From: an uncultured Candidatus Saccharibacteria bacterium
GTDB taxonomy: Bacteria; Patescibacteriota; Minisyncoccia; Phycocordibacterales; SBAW01
NCBI GenBank assembly: GCA_964566795.1
Contig: CAZMIU010000001.1
Span: forward strand, 399,797-463,796
Length of the DNA stretch: 64,000 nucleotides
Reading direction: 5' to 3'
The stretch's first letter is position 1, and every line of letters begins with the position of its first letter. Both the position numbers and the translations under genes were made by a program. The notes beneath the pieces are model-generated. The model was given only the letters and a program-made list of their open reading frames with translations, ran no database searches and had not been told where the DNA came from. Of the stretch, positions 1-9,304 are shown piece by piece.

Positions 1-399
1 CCAGTTCTGAGTCGAGACGTTGTTAGGAGACGCTGCATCTGCAGCACCACTCGCCTGAGAAAGGGCGTACTGGCAGGTTGCACTGAGCGTACCGGTAAGT
101 GCACAGTTGGTACCCGAAGTAGATGGGTCGAGGAACTGCGACATGTCCGGCGTGGTGCAAGTGCTTACGTTAGGGAACCCCGTGCACACAACATCCGTAG
201 CTGGGTCACCATCGGCAAGCGCCATTGCGCGGGCCATCTGCTGGAGAGACGAAACGCGGTTTGCATCGCGACCCTTGCCGCGTGCGCCGTTAAGAGACAC
301 AAGCACTATAGATGCCAAGATACCTATGATGGCGATAACCACCAAGAGCTCGATAAGGGTGAAGCCCTGGGTTACCTTCTTGGAGAACGTTTTATACAT
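1..399 (-). CDS. pilA: Type IV major pilin (prepilin), C-terminus runs off the window edge
   Basis: Minus-strand translation from the ATG at 397-399 gives [33 protein letters not shown]..., the canonical class-III leader (G|FTLIE) plus hydrophobic N-terminal helix. The frame stays open to position 1. It is absent from the ORF track because no stop lies in the window. Confidence 0.85.
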   Translation of the reverse strand, partial: MYKTFSKKVTQGFTLIELLVVIAIIGILASIVLVSLNGARGKGRDANRVSSLQQMARAMALADGDPATDVVCTGFPNVSTCTTPDMSQFLDPSTSGTNCALTGTLSATCQYALSQASGAADAASPNNVSTQNW

Positions 400-526
400 A
401 GAGATAATTAAACGATTAATCTGCGTTTTTAAAGAATAGTCGCAGGTAGCCCTAGTATAGCGGCCCAATAACCACCTCCCCTGCCCCGCTGTGGATATCG
501 TCCAAGGACGATAGGTTCATCCTTCG

Positions 527-550
527 TTCGGAAATGACAATAAATTGTCA
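527..550. promoter_or_regulatory. Perfect 24-nt palindrome GAAATGACAATAAATTGTCATTTC about 130 nt upstream of the pilin start; candidate operator site
   Basis: Read directly from the sequence. The two 12-nt arms are exact reverse complements with no spacer. It lies in the pilC-pilA intergenic region. Confidence 0.35.
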
Positions 551-579
551 TTTCTCTCTCTTCAGTCGAACATAAGGGA

Positions 580-1821
580 CTACAAAGCACTTGCGGTGTT
601 GTAAATAGGCAGGAGCACGGCAGCCAGGAGGAAGCCCACACCAAGCGCCAGCGCCACAATGAGCGCCGGCTCGATAAGAGACACGAGCGTGTCCACGGCG
701 GCATTAACCTCGCGGTTGTAGAACTTGGCCAGGCGCTCCAAGAGTGTACCCATCTCGCCCGTCTCCTCGCCAATCTGGATCATCTGTGCAAATATCGCCG
801 GTATGTCGCCCGGGCTGTGGCGCGCCATCGCCTGCGAGAGCGGCGAGCCGCCCTTAACCGCTTCTATAGACTCGTGGAGTATCGCCTCGTACACATCGTT
901 CTCCACCACCTCGGCCGTAATCTCAAGCGCACGCACCACCGCAATGCCGGAGGTGAGCATCACGTTCATGTTGTCGGCGATACGTGCCAAAAAGAGCTTT
1001 TGGTAGAGCGTACCCACATATGGCAGGGAGAGCTGCAGGCGCGAGAGTGCCATGTGCCCGGTCGGTGTCTGCACGTAGCGCCAGACAAAGTAGCCTCCCA
1101 CAATAAGCGCCACGAGCAAAAAGATCCCGTAGTCAACCAAAAAGGTGCTAAACCCGAGGATAATCTGGGTGTACAAGGGCAGCTCTTGGCCCGACTCGCT
1201 TAAAATGCCGCCGATTTTTGGAATGACGACCGTAAGCATCAGGACCATCACGCCCACAAAGGTAACCATGATAAACGCCGGGTAGATAAGCGCGTTGCGC
1301 GCCTTGGCGGTGAGCTCGTACGAGCGGTCGATGTAGTCGGCCAAAAAGAGGAATGTCTGGTCGAGCTTCCCCGACTCCTCGCCGGCCTTAACCATGTTTA
1401 CATAAAAGCTCGAGAACACCTTGGGGTGCTTGGACAGCGACTTGGAGATTGAGTTGCCGCCCTGCAGGTCATCGCTAATCTCTGCCAAGACACGCCGCAA
1501 GTAGGGCTTGTCTGCCTGCTCGGCCAGGAGCCTGAAGATGCGCAGTGCAGATACCTGCGCCTCAAACAGAGTCGCAATCTGGCGCGAGAGCAGTACCAGG
1601 GTGCGTGATGACACGCCGTCAAAAAACGACACCTTGCCCAGCGACTCGATAAGGCCCTTTTGCTCATCGCCCACTATAGAGGTGATAGTGATCCCTTTGC
1701 GCTGGATAAGGTCAATAGCCGAGTCTTGTGTATTGGCATTTACCGAGCCCGCCTGGGGCTTGCCGTTCTGGTCGAGTCCTTCGTACTTAAACTCCATACG
1801 TATATATAGTGTACCCCGCAA
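580..1821 (-). CDS. pilC: Type IV pilus assembly inner-membrane platform protein PilC (GspF family)
   Basis: 413 aa with two T2SS-F-like repeats and three TM segments. It is adjacent to the pilin, pilT and pilB. Confidence 0.9.
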   Translation of the reverse strand: MRGTLYIRMEFKYEGLDQNGKPQAGSVNANTQDSAIDLIQRKGITITSIVGDEQKGLIESLGKVSFFDGVSSRTLVLLSRQIATLFEAQVSALRIFRLLAEQADKPYLRRVLAEISDDLQGGNSISKSLSKHPKVFSSFYVNMVKAGEESGKLDQTFLFLADYIDRSYELTAKARNALIYPAFIMVTFVGVMVLMLTVVIPKIGGILSESGQELPLYTQIILGFSTFLVDYGIFLLVALIVGGYFVWRYVQTPTGHMALSRLQLSLPYVGTLYQKLFLARIADNMNVMLTSGIAVVRALEITAEVVENDVYEAILHESIEAVKGGSPLSQAMARHSPGDIPAIFAQMIQIGEETGEMGTLLERLAKFYNREVNAAVDTLVSLIEPALIVALALGVGFLLAAVLLPIYNTASAL

Positions 1822-1849
1822 TCTAGGGGTCCTATAGTTAAATCCCCAA

Positions 1850-1870
1850 TGCAGAAGGGCACCTTCTGCA
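1850..1870. repeat. REP palindrome copy 1
   Basis: tgcagaagggcaccttctgca; a 9-bp stem with a 3-nt loop. Confidence 0.7.
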
Positions 1871-1881
1871 GAACATTCCGT

Positions 1882-2526
1882 TTAGTCGAGTAGAAGTTCC
1901 TCCAACTCCTTTTTGCCCTTTATAACCTCAAAGGTTTCCTCAACGTATTCACGATATGCGGCAGGATTTTGAAATTGTTCTAGTACTACCTCCCTCTCGC
2001 AGAAGGGCACCTTCTGCAAATCTATATAATCGAGATAGCTGCTATGGGGATATTTTGACAGGTTATCTACCAGACCAGCAGCTTGAGGATTCTGATGCAC
2101 ATATGCACTTAACCATAAAAGTTGCTCGTTTGATTCTACTCGAACTGATTTGAATTGATCTTGGAACACTGACCCTACTCGCTTATATACTTTATTGAAA
2201 TATTTAGAGTATCCACTAATCAAGCTGAGCATAAGCGCACTAACCGGCACATCGCCGTTCTGGCGTATGACAAGGTGGAAATGGTTTGGCATAAGGCAGT
2301 AGCAGACCAAAGAGAAGGAGCCCGGCGGGAAAGTTTTTCTGACATACCGCTCTTTTCCATCTGCAGTAGGTGCACTTTTGTCATCGGGAAAGAGATACTC
2401 TTTTAGGCGAGAAAGGAAGAAAGCATAGTCAGCCTGAGTACGGAAAATATCCATCTTGGCATTGCCGCGATTGAATACATGATAATACTCGCCGGGCGCA
2501 AAGGATTTATAATCCCTATTTTTCAT
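1882..2526 (-). CDS. REP-associated tyrosine transposase (IS200/Y1_Tnp-like, HUH motif LMPNHFHLV)
   Basis: Motifs YHVFNRGN, CYCLMPNHFHLVI and a later conserved Tyr. The start is taken at MKNRDYKSF (2526); the longer ORF start at 2562 only translates the upstream REP. The C-terminal part reads through the REP copy at 1999-2021. Confidence 0.7.
   Translation of the reverse strand: MKNRDYKSFAPGEYYHVFNRGNAKMDIFRTQADYAFFLSRLKEYLFPDDKSAPTADGKERYVRKTFPPGSFSLVCYCLMPNHFHLVIRQNGDVPVSALMLSLISGYSKYFNKVYKRVGSVFQDQFKSVRVESNEQLLWLSAYVHQNPQAAGLVDNLSKYPHSSYLDYIDLQKVPFCEREVVLEQFQNPAAYREYVEETFEVIKGKKELEELLLD
1999..2021. repeat. REP palindrome copy 2 (inside the 3' end of the transposase ORF)
   Basis: cgcagaagggcaccttctgcaaa. 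Confidence 0.7.
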
Positions 2527-2539
2527 AGGGACCACTCTA

Positions 2540-2562
2540 TTGCAGAAGGTGCCCTTCTGCAA
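2540..2562. repeat. REP palindrome copy 3 (inverted orientation)
   Basis: ttgcagaaggtgcccttctgcaa. Confidence 0.7.
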
Positions 2563-2583
2563 TACCCACCAAAAATCTCCAAG

Positions 2584-2943
2584 CTATCTCTTGCTCAAAA
2601 TAAGCGGAGTCAGGAAATACGCCAACACCGGGAGCCCTGCTACCGCTGCAACACTATGGAGTCCGTCGTAGGTCAGCACGAGCCCAAGCAGCCCGAACGC
2701 CGCATATAAAATGACAAACTTGCGCGGGAGACCCTGTTTATCGTAGAGCTTCTTCCTAAACAAGTAGAGCGTCGCGCAGAACGACGCACTAAAGATTGTA
2801 AACAGGAGCAGGAGGTCAAAAACAGACCACGGCCCGGACGGGATGTTGGTGATAAGAGGAACGAGTGCAAAGACAGCCACCAAGTGGAGCATATTCTGCA
2901 CTGCTCCTATGCCTAGTAGCTTCCACAGGCTGTCCCTTTTCAC
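2584..2943 (-). CDS. Small polytopic membrane protein, hypothetical (about 4 TM)
   Basis: 119 aa, hydrophobic; its start overlaps the pilT stop (2943/2945). Confidence 0.45.
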   Translation of the reverse strand: MKRDSLWKLLGIGAVQNMLHLVAVFALVPLITNIPSGPWSVFDLLLLFTIFSASFCATLYLFRKKLYDKQGLPRKFVILYAAFGLLGLVLTYDGLHSVAAVAGLPVLAYFLTPLILSKR

Positions 2944-2944
2944 A

Positions 2945-4006
2945 TTAGATAAGCCTCTGCAGGACGTTGGGGTTAAGAGAGCGCGAGTAGGCAGACTCGA
3001 CCGATATCTCTCCGGCGCGTACCAAGTCGGCCAGAGAGCGGTTCATGTCTATCATACCGTCCTGGGCACCCGTCTCGATTACAGTCTGTATCTCGTGAGT
3101 GCGCTTCTCGCGTATCAGGTTTTGCACAGCCGGGTTGTTTATCAGGAGCTCGCACGCCGGTATAAGCCCGCCCGAGATGCGCGGCACCAGGCGCTGGCTA
3201 AAGATGCCTGCCAAAGAGCCTGCAAGCTGTACGCGTATCTGGTCCTGCTGGTTTGCGGGGAACGTGTCTATAATGCGGTCGATAGTCTGGGCTGCGTTGT
3301 TGGTGTGCAATGTAGAAAAGACAAGGTGGCCTGTCTCGGCCGCGGTAACTGCGGCAGCCATGGTTTGCGGGTCGCGCATCTCGCCTATCATAAGCACGTC
3401 AATATCCTGTCTGAACACGCTCGTGAGCGCCTGCGCAAAGTCGGAGGTGTCCACACGCACCTCGCGCTGCTCCACCAAAGACTTTTTGCTCTCAAACAGA
3501 TACTCGATAGGGTCCTCGATTGTCACTATGTGCTCGGCACGCTCCTGGTTGATCTTCTCAATGAGCGCGGCAAGCGTTGTTGTCTTGCCCTGCCCCACCG
3601 GCCCCACCACCAAAAAGAACCCCTGCTCGCGCCCCGCAAAGCTCTCGAGTATGGGCGGCAGGTTAAGCTCGGCCGTGGTGCGTATCTGGCGCGGTATCAG
3701 GCGCAGCGCCATGCCCATGCGGCCGCGCTCAAAGTAGGCATTGCCCCTAAAGCGCGTTTTGTCGGTATGCGCATAGCTAAAGTCTGCCTCCTGTGTCTTT
3801 AAAAACAGCACCTTGCGCTCACCGGGCAAAAGCTCGGTAATTAGCCCCATCAGATCGTCAGGGGTCAGCGCAGTTTCTGTAAGAATCGGTGTCAATGAGC
3901 CCGATACGCGGATGATGGGCTGCGAGCCTACGGATAGGTGCAGGTCGGATGCACCCTGCGCTATGACAATCTCTATCAGTTGTACGAGTTTTTGCTTGTA
4001 GTCCAT
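2945..4006 (-). CDS. pilT: Twitching-motility (retraction) ATPase PilT
   Basis: 353 aa, Walker A GPVGQGKTTTL, and the PilT/PilU family length and motifs. Confidence 0.9.
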   Translation of the reverse strand: MDYKQKLVQLIEIVIAQGASDLHLSVGSQPIIRVSGSLTPILTETALTPDDLMGLITELLPGERKVLFLKTQEADFSYAHTDKTRFRGNAYFERGRMGMALRLIPRQIRTTAELNLPPILESFAGREQGFFLVVGPVGQGKTTTLAALIEKINQERAEHIVTIEDPIEYLFESKKSLVEQREVRVDTSDFAQALTSVFRQDIDVLMIGEMRDPQTMAAAVTAAETGHLVFSTLHTNNAAQTIDRIIDTFPANQQDQIRVQLAGSLAGIFSQRLVPRISGGLIPACELLINNPAVQNLIREKRTHEIQTVIETGAQDGMIDMNRSLADLVRAGEISVESAYSRSLNPNVLQRLI

Positions 4007-4032
4007 ATCTACTTGTTGGGAGTTGTGTCGAA

Positions 4033-5904
4033 CTAGACTTCTACATCAGGCTCCTTGGCGGGCACTATGGGTGCGCTTGTCTCCTCGCCGCTCTCGGTCA
4101 TGGCAACAGGGCTTGGCGCCGCGGCCGCCTTAACATCTTCGGCAAGATCAAACTCGCCGCCAAGCGTGTTAACCTCCTCAAACGGGACAATGCCTTTGGC
4201 TGATTTGATGATAGCATCCTCTTTCATCGTGAGCATGCCCTGCTTGCGGACAATCGCAAATATTTCCTCCTCCGACTTGCCCGCCAGGATGGCGCGCTCA
4301 AGCTCCGGGGTCATGTCAAACACCTCAAAGCACGCAATGCGGCCGTGGGTGCCCGACGGGCAATCGGCTGTGGGCTCGAGCTTGTACACCTCATTAAGGC
4401 TCGGGATATCCTTTTTGTGCTCCTCGGGCACATCGGCAAACTCGTCCTCGAGCATCTTGCGCGTAGAGTCGTCTACCGCCACCTTTTTGCCGCCGCCCTC
4501 GCATAGTGTCTGCACCAGACGCTGTGCCACGCCCAATATAAGCACGGGCGGGATAAGATAGGGCTCCACACCCATATCAAGCAGGCGCGGCACAATGCCC
4601 ACGGCGTTGTTGGTGTGGATGGTCGAGAGCACCAGGTGGCCGGTAAGCGCGGCCTGCACCGCCAGGTTGGCAGTCTCTGAGTCGCGGATCTCACCCACCA
4701 TGATGATGTTCGGGTCCTGGCGCAGCGTGGTTCTCAGTCCGTTGGCAAACGTGTAGCCAATCTCGGGGCGCACCTGGCTCTGGGATACTCCGGGGATCAC
4801 ATACTCGACCGGGTCCTCCAGCGAGAGTACGTTAAAGCGCTCGCGGTCAATCTCGTTAAGAAGGGTGTACAGCGTGGTCGACTTACCCGAGCCTGTGGGG
4901 CCCGAGATAAGGATGAGTCCGTAGGGCTTTTTTATCGCGGCCTTAATGAGCTCGAGGTTGCGCGGAGTAAGCCCCACGCCGTCAAGCTTCCAGTCTTTTG
5001 TCTGCACGCCCAAGATACGCATCACCACCTTCTCGCCGTAATAGGTCGGGAATGTCGACACGCGGAAGTCTACTTTAGTACCGGAGACTCTCGCGCTAAA
5101 GCGGCCGTCCTGCGGTTTGCGCTTCTCGTCCAGCCTCATGTTGGACATAACCTTGATGCGCGCGACTACCGAGCCGTGCACCTTGGGCGGGAGCGTTATG
5201 TTGGTGATAAGCACGCCGTCGATACGGAACCGCACGCGCGTCTGGTCTACAAGCGGTTCTATATGGATGTCGGATGCGCGTTCCTCAGTGGCATGGCGCA
5301 GTATGGTAGACACGATTTTTGTAACCGGCGCGTCCTCGGTCATCGCCGAGTCCGAGGTCTCTGTCACCAGCTCGTCGTCGAGCACGTTCTTGTGCTGCTT
5401 GTCACCCTTTTTCTCCTGCTCGCGGGTGCGGGCCATAGTCTCGGTCTCGAGCTCGCCCAGCGCCTTGCCCACCTCGCCCGAGAGTCCCTTGTACTGGGCA
5501 AGCAGTTTCTCAAAGTCGGTCTCAGATATCAAAAACAGCTTGTAGGGCATGCCCACCTTGCTCGAGATAAACGTAAGCGCATCGCGCGCCTCAAGGTTGT
5601 CCGGGTCTACAATGCCAACCTCCAAAACGCCGTCCTTAATAGCCAGCGGCACCAGCTTGTAATGGCGCGCAGACTCCTCGGGCACATACTGCAAAATATC
5701 AAACGGCACGGCAGCCTCGCCCATCTCGCGCGTAGGCACGCCGTAGTAGTCGCCCTTAACCCGCAGGAGGTCGGCAGGCTTTACGCCGGCCTTGGTAAGT
5801 TCAAACTCGGGCTTGGCATCCGGCTTCTGGAGCAACACCTCAAGCTCGGGTATCTGTCCCCGCTCTATAAGGCGCGCATCAGCCAAGAGCTCTAACAGGT
5901 TCAT
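4033..5904 (-). CDS. pilB: Type IV pilus assembly ATPase PilB (GspE family) with a T2SSE N-terminal domain
   Basis: 623 aa, Walker A GPTGSGKSTTL, an N-terminal GspE_N-like domain, and an acidic C-terminal tail. Confidence 0.9.
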   Translation of the reverse strand: MNLLELLADARLIERGQIPELEVLLQKPDAKPEFELTKAGVKPADLLRVKGDYYGVPTREMGEAAVPFDILQYVPEESARHYKLVPLAIKDGVLEVGIVDPDNLEARDALTFISSKVGMPYKLFLISETDFEKLLAQYKGLSGEVGKALGELETETMARTREQEKKGDKQHKNVLDDELVTETSDSAMTEDAPVTKIVSTILRHATEERASDIHIEPLVDQTRVRFRIDGVLITNITLPPKVHGSVVARIKVMSNMRLDEKRKPQDGRFSARVSGTKVDFRVSTFPTYYGEKVVMRILGVQTKDWKLDGVGLTPRNLELIKAAIKKPYGLILISGPTGSGKSTTLYTLLNEIDRERFNVLSLEDPVEYVIPGVSQSQVRPEIGYTFANGLRTTLRQDPNIIMVGEIRDSETANLAVQAALTGHLVLSTIHTNNAVGIVPRLLDMGVEPYLIPPVLILGVAQRLVQTLCEGGGKKVAVDDSTRKMLEDEFADVPEEHKKDIPSLNEVYKLEPTADCPSGTHGRIACFEVFDMTPELERAILAGKSEEEIFAIVRKQGMLTMKEDAIIKSAKGIVPFEEVNTLGGEFDLAEDVKAAAAPSPVAMTESGEETSAPIVPAKEPDVEV

Positions 5905-5961
5905 TGTATACAGTATACGCCCGCGCAGCGCGTGGTGCTTGCGACTATCAACAAAACAAAC

Positions 5962-6321
5962 TTACTGCGCAGGCGTTGTAGACGCGGTTCTCTGCGTTGA
6001 GCTCGCGGTCTGGGTCGGGGTCGGGCCATTTTGCCCTACCGGGGCAAACGGGTTGCGGCGGCCGGCAGCAGCAGGCGGTATAGAGACGCCAAAGTCCGAC
6101 AGCGATATAAACAGCGGATCGCTAAAGATAGAGTTGTCGAGCTTGATAGTACGCAGGTTGCCCAAGGTAGCCAAAATCTCCTGCGATACCGGGAGCTCGC
6201 TGTCCTGCGAGCTGGTCAAGAGCTCGCCGCTCCCGCTGGACATAAAGAAGTAGTACAAAAGGCCGGCGACAACCACGAGTACGCCTATAAGGACCATGTT
6301 CTTTTTAATGAGAGCCATCAT
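5962..6321 (-). CDS. Small single-TM pilus assembly-associated protein (PilP-like position)
   Basis: The internal start MMALIKKNMVLIGVLVVVAGLLYY (6321) sits 2 nt after the pilO stop. One TM segment followed by a Thr/Ser/Pro-rich tail. The ORF's N-terminal 50 aa (to 6471) overlap pilO and were rejected. Confidence 0.5.
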   Translation of the reverse strand: MMALIKKNMVLIGVLVVVAGLLYYFFMSSGSGELLTSSQDSELPVSQEILATLGNLRTIKLDNSIFSDPLFISLSDFGVSIPPAAAGRRNPFAPVGQNGPTPTQTASSTQRTASTTPAQ

Positions 6322-6322
6322 A

Positions 6323-6871
6323 TTAGTGGAGCCAGTAGGTGCGGATAGTAAAGTTAAAGGTATATTTGCCTGCTGTAGCCGCGCCAAAGGACAACTTTTG
6401 TATATCGAGGATGCGCAGGCTGTGCTCGAGGTCCTGCAGGAATGCCAGGAAGTCCTCATAGCTGGCGACAACGGAGAACCCGAGGTTGACCGAGCCGATA
6501 CGGTCGCCGGTTGGGCCTATGGCAATGCCGCTTGAGTCGGTCGAGGAGCGCGACACCTCTCCTAAGGCCACATCCGAGAGTGCCAGGCCGCGGCGCGCCG
6601 CTATGCTGTTGATGTCTATAATAAGTCGGATATTGTCTACCTGGTCTGGCACGAGGCGTGTGAGCTTCTGCTCATCCTGCGGGCTAAACGCGTTGCGGGC
6701 AGACTGCAGCTTGTCGCGCAGCGACTTAAGTTCCTGCGACTTGTCGAGCGCGTCGTCGTAGGCGCTTACCTTTGCCTGCGCGCCCTTAAGCCCCTGGTAG
6801 GTCGGGTTGGTGTACATGACAAAGAGCCCGATGGCTGCCAGCACGAGGACAAGTGGGAAAGCTAGTCGCAT
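6323..6871 (-). CDS. pilO: Type IV pilus assembly protein PilO
   Basis: 182 aa with an N-terminal TM segment, a coiled-coil and a C-terminal domain, in the pilM-N-O order. Confidence 0.75.
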   Translation of the reverse strand: MRLAFPLVLVLAAIGLFVMYTNPTYQGLKGAQAKVSAYDDALDKSQELKSLRDKLQSARNAFSPQDEQKLTRLVPDQVDNIRLIIDINSIAARRGLALSDVALGEVSRSSTDSSGIAIGPTGDRIGSVNLGFSVVASYEDFLAFLQDLEHSLRILDIQKLSFGAATAGKYTFNFTIRTYWLH

Positions 6872-6874
6872 ACG

Positions 6875-7465
6875 TTATTGTGGGATGCCGGTGCCGGCCT
6901 GCTTTGCATAATTGAGCACGGACGGGTCTACGCTCGCGCTTACGGAAAATTGCACGCGGCCCGTGATGTCAGTCGAGATACCCGAGAACACGACGTCTCT
7001 GAGCACTTTGGCCGCGCCAAACTCGTCTGACTGCAACGCGAGCGACGAGAATGAGTCCGCAACGCCTGTCATCGAGAGCTTGCCGGAGCCCTCTGAGCCA
7101 ATGTCGAGGTTAAGCGAGGTAAACTGCACCCGCTCGAGCGTTGCCGCAGAGAGGAAGGTAAACAGCCCAGAGGGTGCCGTATGGTTTTGTATCAGCTCGC
7201 GCGCCTCAGTAAGCCTGATATCGAGCCTCTCGAGGTCGCGGATAGAGCTGGTGTCAAAAGCGCCCTCGGCAGCCTTAAGCGATTTGTCCTTTGAGATGAG
7301 CGCGCTGTCGAGGTATGTCTTGTAGGCAAATGCGGCGCCAGCCGACGCAATAGAGCCGACAAATATCAAAACAGCGATGAGGCTCAAAAGCCCTCCGCCT
7401 GCGCCGCGCGGCTCGCCCACGAGCGGCTTCTTTGGGATAAACGATTGTTGCACCTGTGGGTCCAT
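6875..7465 (-). CDS. pilN: Type IV pilus assembly protein PilN
   Basis: 196 aa, single TM (LLSLIAVLIFVGSIASAGAAFAY), downstream of pilM. Confidence 0.75.
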   Translation of the reverse strand: MDPQVQQSFIPKKPLVGEPRGAGGGLLSLIAVLIFVGSIASAGAAFAYKTYLDSALISKDKSLKAAEGAFDTSSIRDLERLDIRLTEARELIQNHTAPSGLFTFLSAATLERVQFTSLNLDIGSEGSGKLSMTGVADSFSSLALQSDEFGAAKVLRDVVFSGISTDITGRVQFSVSASVDPSVLNYAKQAGTGIPQ

Positions 7466-7519
7466 GTATGTATTCAGTATAAGGCCGCAATTTTTGCGCA
7501 GCCTTTCATATCAACACGA

Positions 7520-8608
7520 CTAGCCCAACTCCTGCAGTCGCCTGAGCGCCAGACCCACAGCCACAGCAAACTCCGGGCCCGCCTCTTTGAGTATTGTTTC
7601 GAGAAATGCGGGCGCCTGAGTCTTTCCAAACGGGTCTGCCATACGTATCTCGTTTTGCACCTTGCCCTGCATGTACTCCTTAAGGCCCTTGAGAGTCGCT
7701 CCCCCGCCGGTTAAGACCAGCGCCGAGAGCGCCTGGTTGTGCGACTGCTCCCACGAGGCCGCGGTGCGCGCTATCTCTGAGGCAATGGGACCCAAAGAAA
7801 GCTCGAGCGATTGCTTGATCGAGTTCTCGGGTGTGGCAACCAGCCCAAACTTGCGCTTGCGCTCCTCTGCCTGCGCGACTGTAATGGAAAGTGCGCGCGA
7901 TGCGGCGAGGGTCAGGTCTTGGCTGCCGTGGTTAATAATGTGGCTCTCGCGTATGAGCCCGCGCTCCACGACATAAAACTTGGTCGTGGCAGCGCCCATG
8001 TCTACAACCGCCACCGGTGCCAGCCCGTGGTCCAGGCTTGCGCGCACCGAGGAGAACACCTCAATCTCAAAAAAGCCCACATTAAGCTTGGCCTCGGTCG
8101 CCATCGAGCGGAACTTGGCTATCGTGTCGTTATGTATGGCAACCAGGAGCACCTCTATCTTGCCATCTGCGGCCGCGGCCTGTTTGCCGCCTGTCACTAC
8201 AAACCAGTCCAAAAGCACCTCATTGATAGGCACAGGGATATACTTGCGCGCCTCAATCGGCATTACCGAGGCGAGCTGGCTCTCCAAAGAGGCCTGGAGT
8301 TTGACCAGTGAGATTAAAGAAGAGGCATATGGTATAGATATGGCGGCGTCTTGGGTGGTGGTGTTGGCCTCCCTCAGTACGTCCTTAAGCGCTTCTGTGA
8401 TTTTCTCCGCTGGCAGCGAGGTGGCGCGGCCTATCTCTACCCCGGCATAGGGGCCCAGAGCTATGGCGCCATAGGTCTCGAGGACCACGCGGCCGTGTTC
8501 ACGCCTGAGCTGCACCACCTTGATGCTCGAGGTACCAATGTCTATCCCCAGTACGCTTTGCGAGGGTTTTGAGAAGAGTCCAGAAAGGGATGGGAGCTGA
8601 AACTCCAT
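7520..8608 (-). CDS. pilM: Type IV pilus assembly protein PilM (actin-like ATPase fold)
   Basis: GIDIGTSSIKVVQL N-terminal motif. The start is chosen at MEFQLPSLSGLFSK by similarity to known PilM N-termini; the alternative start is 8629. Confidence 0.85.
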   Translation of the reverse strand: MEFQLPSLSGLFSKPSQSVLGIDIGTSSIKVVQLRREHGRVVLETYGAIALGPYAGVEIGRATSLPAEKITEALKDVLREANTTTQDAAISIPYASSLISLVKLQASLESQLASVMPIEARKYIPVPINEVLLDWFVVTGGKQAAAADGKIEVLLVAIHNDTIAKFRSMATEAKLNVGFFEIEVFSSVRASLDHGLAPVAVVDMGAATTKFYVVERGLIRESHIINHGSQDLTLAASRALSITVAQAEERKRKFGLVATPENSIKQSLELSLGPIASEIARTAASWEQSHNQALSALVLTGGGATLKGLKEYMQGKVQNEIRMADPFGKTQAPAFLETILKEAGPEFAVAVGLALRRLQELG

Positions 8609-8632
8609 ATACACCAAAGTATATACCATTAT

Positions 8633-9304
8633 ATGTCTCTACATTTGCTCCAAAAACTTGTGAGCTTCATACTCCCGCCCCGCATAAGCGAGCGCGTGGT
8701 TGAAGAGCTCACACTAGACGAGTTGGCGGACCTCCAGACGCGCGAGGGGCTCCCCTATGCAGACACAAGTGTAAAAAGTCTGGTGTGGGAGCTTAAGTAC
8801 TACGCCAACCCGCGCGCTGCCGCGCTCGCGGGAGAGCTTGTGGCCGAGGAGCTGCTCGCAATTGCCTCTGAGGAGCTGGGCCGCCCGCTTTTAATACCCG
8901 TGCCCATGCACCCGGCTCGTATAAAAGAGCGCGGGCATAACCACACTGAGCTTTTGTGCGAAGCTGCGTTAGTGGCTTTGGGAGATTTTCCTGTAAAAAA
9001 GTCCTCGGGTCTCCTGCCCCCGGCAGGCCAGACTATTTTTCCAGAAAAATCTCCCACCGCCTTCGACTACACGCCTGGTGTACTCACACGTATTCGGCAT
9101 ACTCCCGAGCAGCAAAAACTTTCCCGTGCCGAGCGTCTAGTGAATCTCAAAAACTCCATGCAAGCTAGCGACCACGTTGTGGGCCGTGTGTGCGTGGTCG
9201 TAGATGATGTCACAACCACCGGCGCGACTCTTTCAGAAGCAAAGAGGGCACTCCTGGAAGCCGGCGCCACAAAAGTACACACCCTCGCCCTCGCTCAGTC
9301 TTAG
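8633..9304 (+). CDS. comF: ComF family protein (phosphoribosyltransferase-domain competence protein)
   Basis: C-terminal PRTase motif VVDDVTTTGATL; divergent from the pilus operon. Confidence 0.7.
   Translation: MSLHLLQKLVSFILPPRISERVVEELTLDELADLQTREGLPYADTSVKSLVWELKYYANPRAAALAGELVAEELLAIASEELGRPLLIPVPMHPARIKERGHNHTELLCEAALVALGDFPVKKSSGLLPPAGQTIFPEKSPTAFDYTPGVLTRIRHTPEQQKLSRAERLVNLKNSMQASDHVVGRVCVVVDDVTTTGATLSEAKRALLEAGATKVHTLALAQS

Larger units (their letters stand above)
1850..2562. mobile_element. REP-RAYT-REP unit: REP-associated tyrosine transposase gene bracketed by inverted palindromic REP copies
   Basis: The palindrome TGCAGAAGG-N3-CCTTCTGCA is present at 1850-1870, 1999-2021 (same orientation) and 2540-2562 (inverted), bracketing the HUH-Y1 transposase ORF. 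Confidence 0.65.

Noticed and set aside
408-421. 14-nt motif AATTAAACGATTAA shared between the pilin upstream region and 39343-39356.
   Set aside because: Several exact 14-mer coincidences are expected by chance in 64 kb. There is no supporting structure or positional logic.
107-439. Plus-strand 110-aa ORF at the window start.
   Set aside because: It is antisense to a clear type IV pilin gene (minus strand, 1-399) and has Arg/Ser-rich composition with no recognisable features.
5962-6471. The full 169-aa ORF.
   Set aside because: The N-terminal 50 aa overlap pilO in another frame and are Ser/Cys/Arg-rich. The internal start MMALIKK at 6321, 2 nt after the pilO stop, gives a sensible TM protein.
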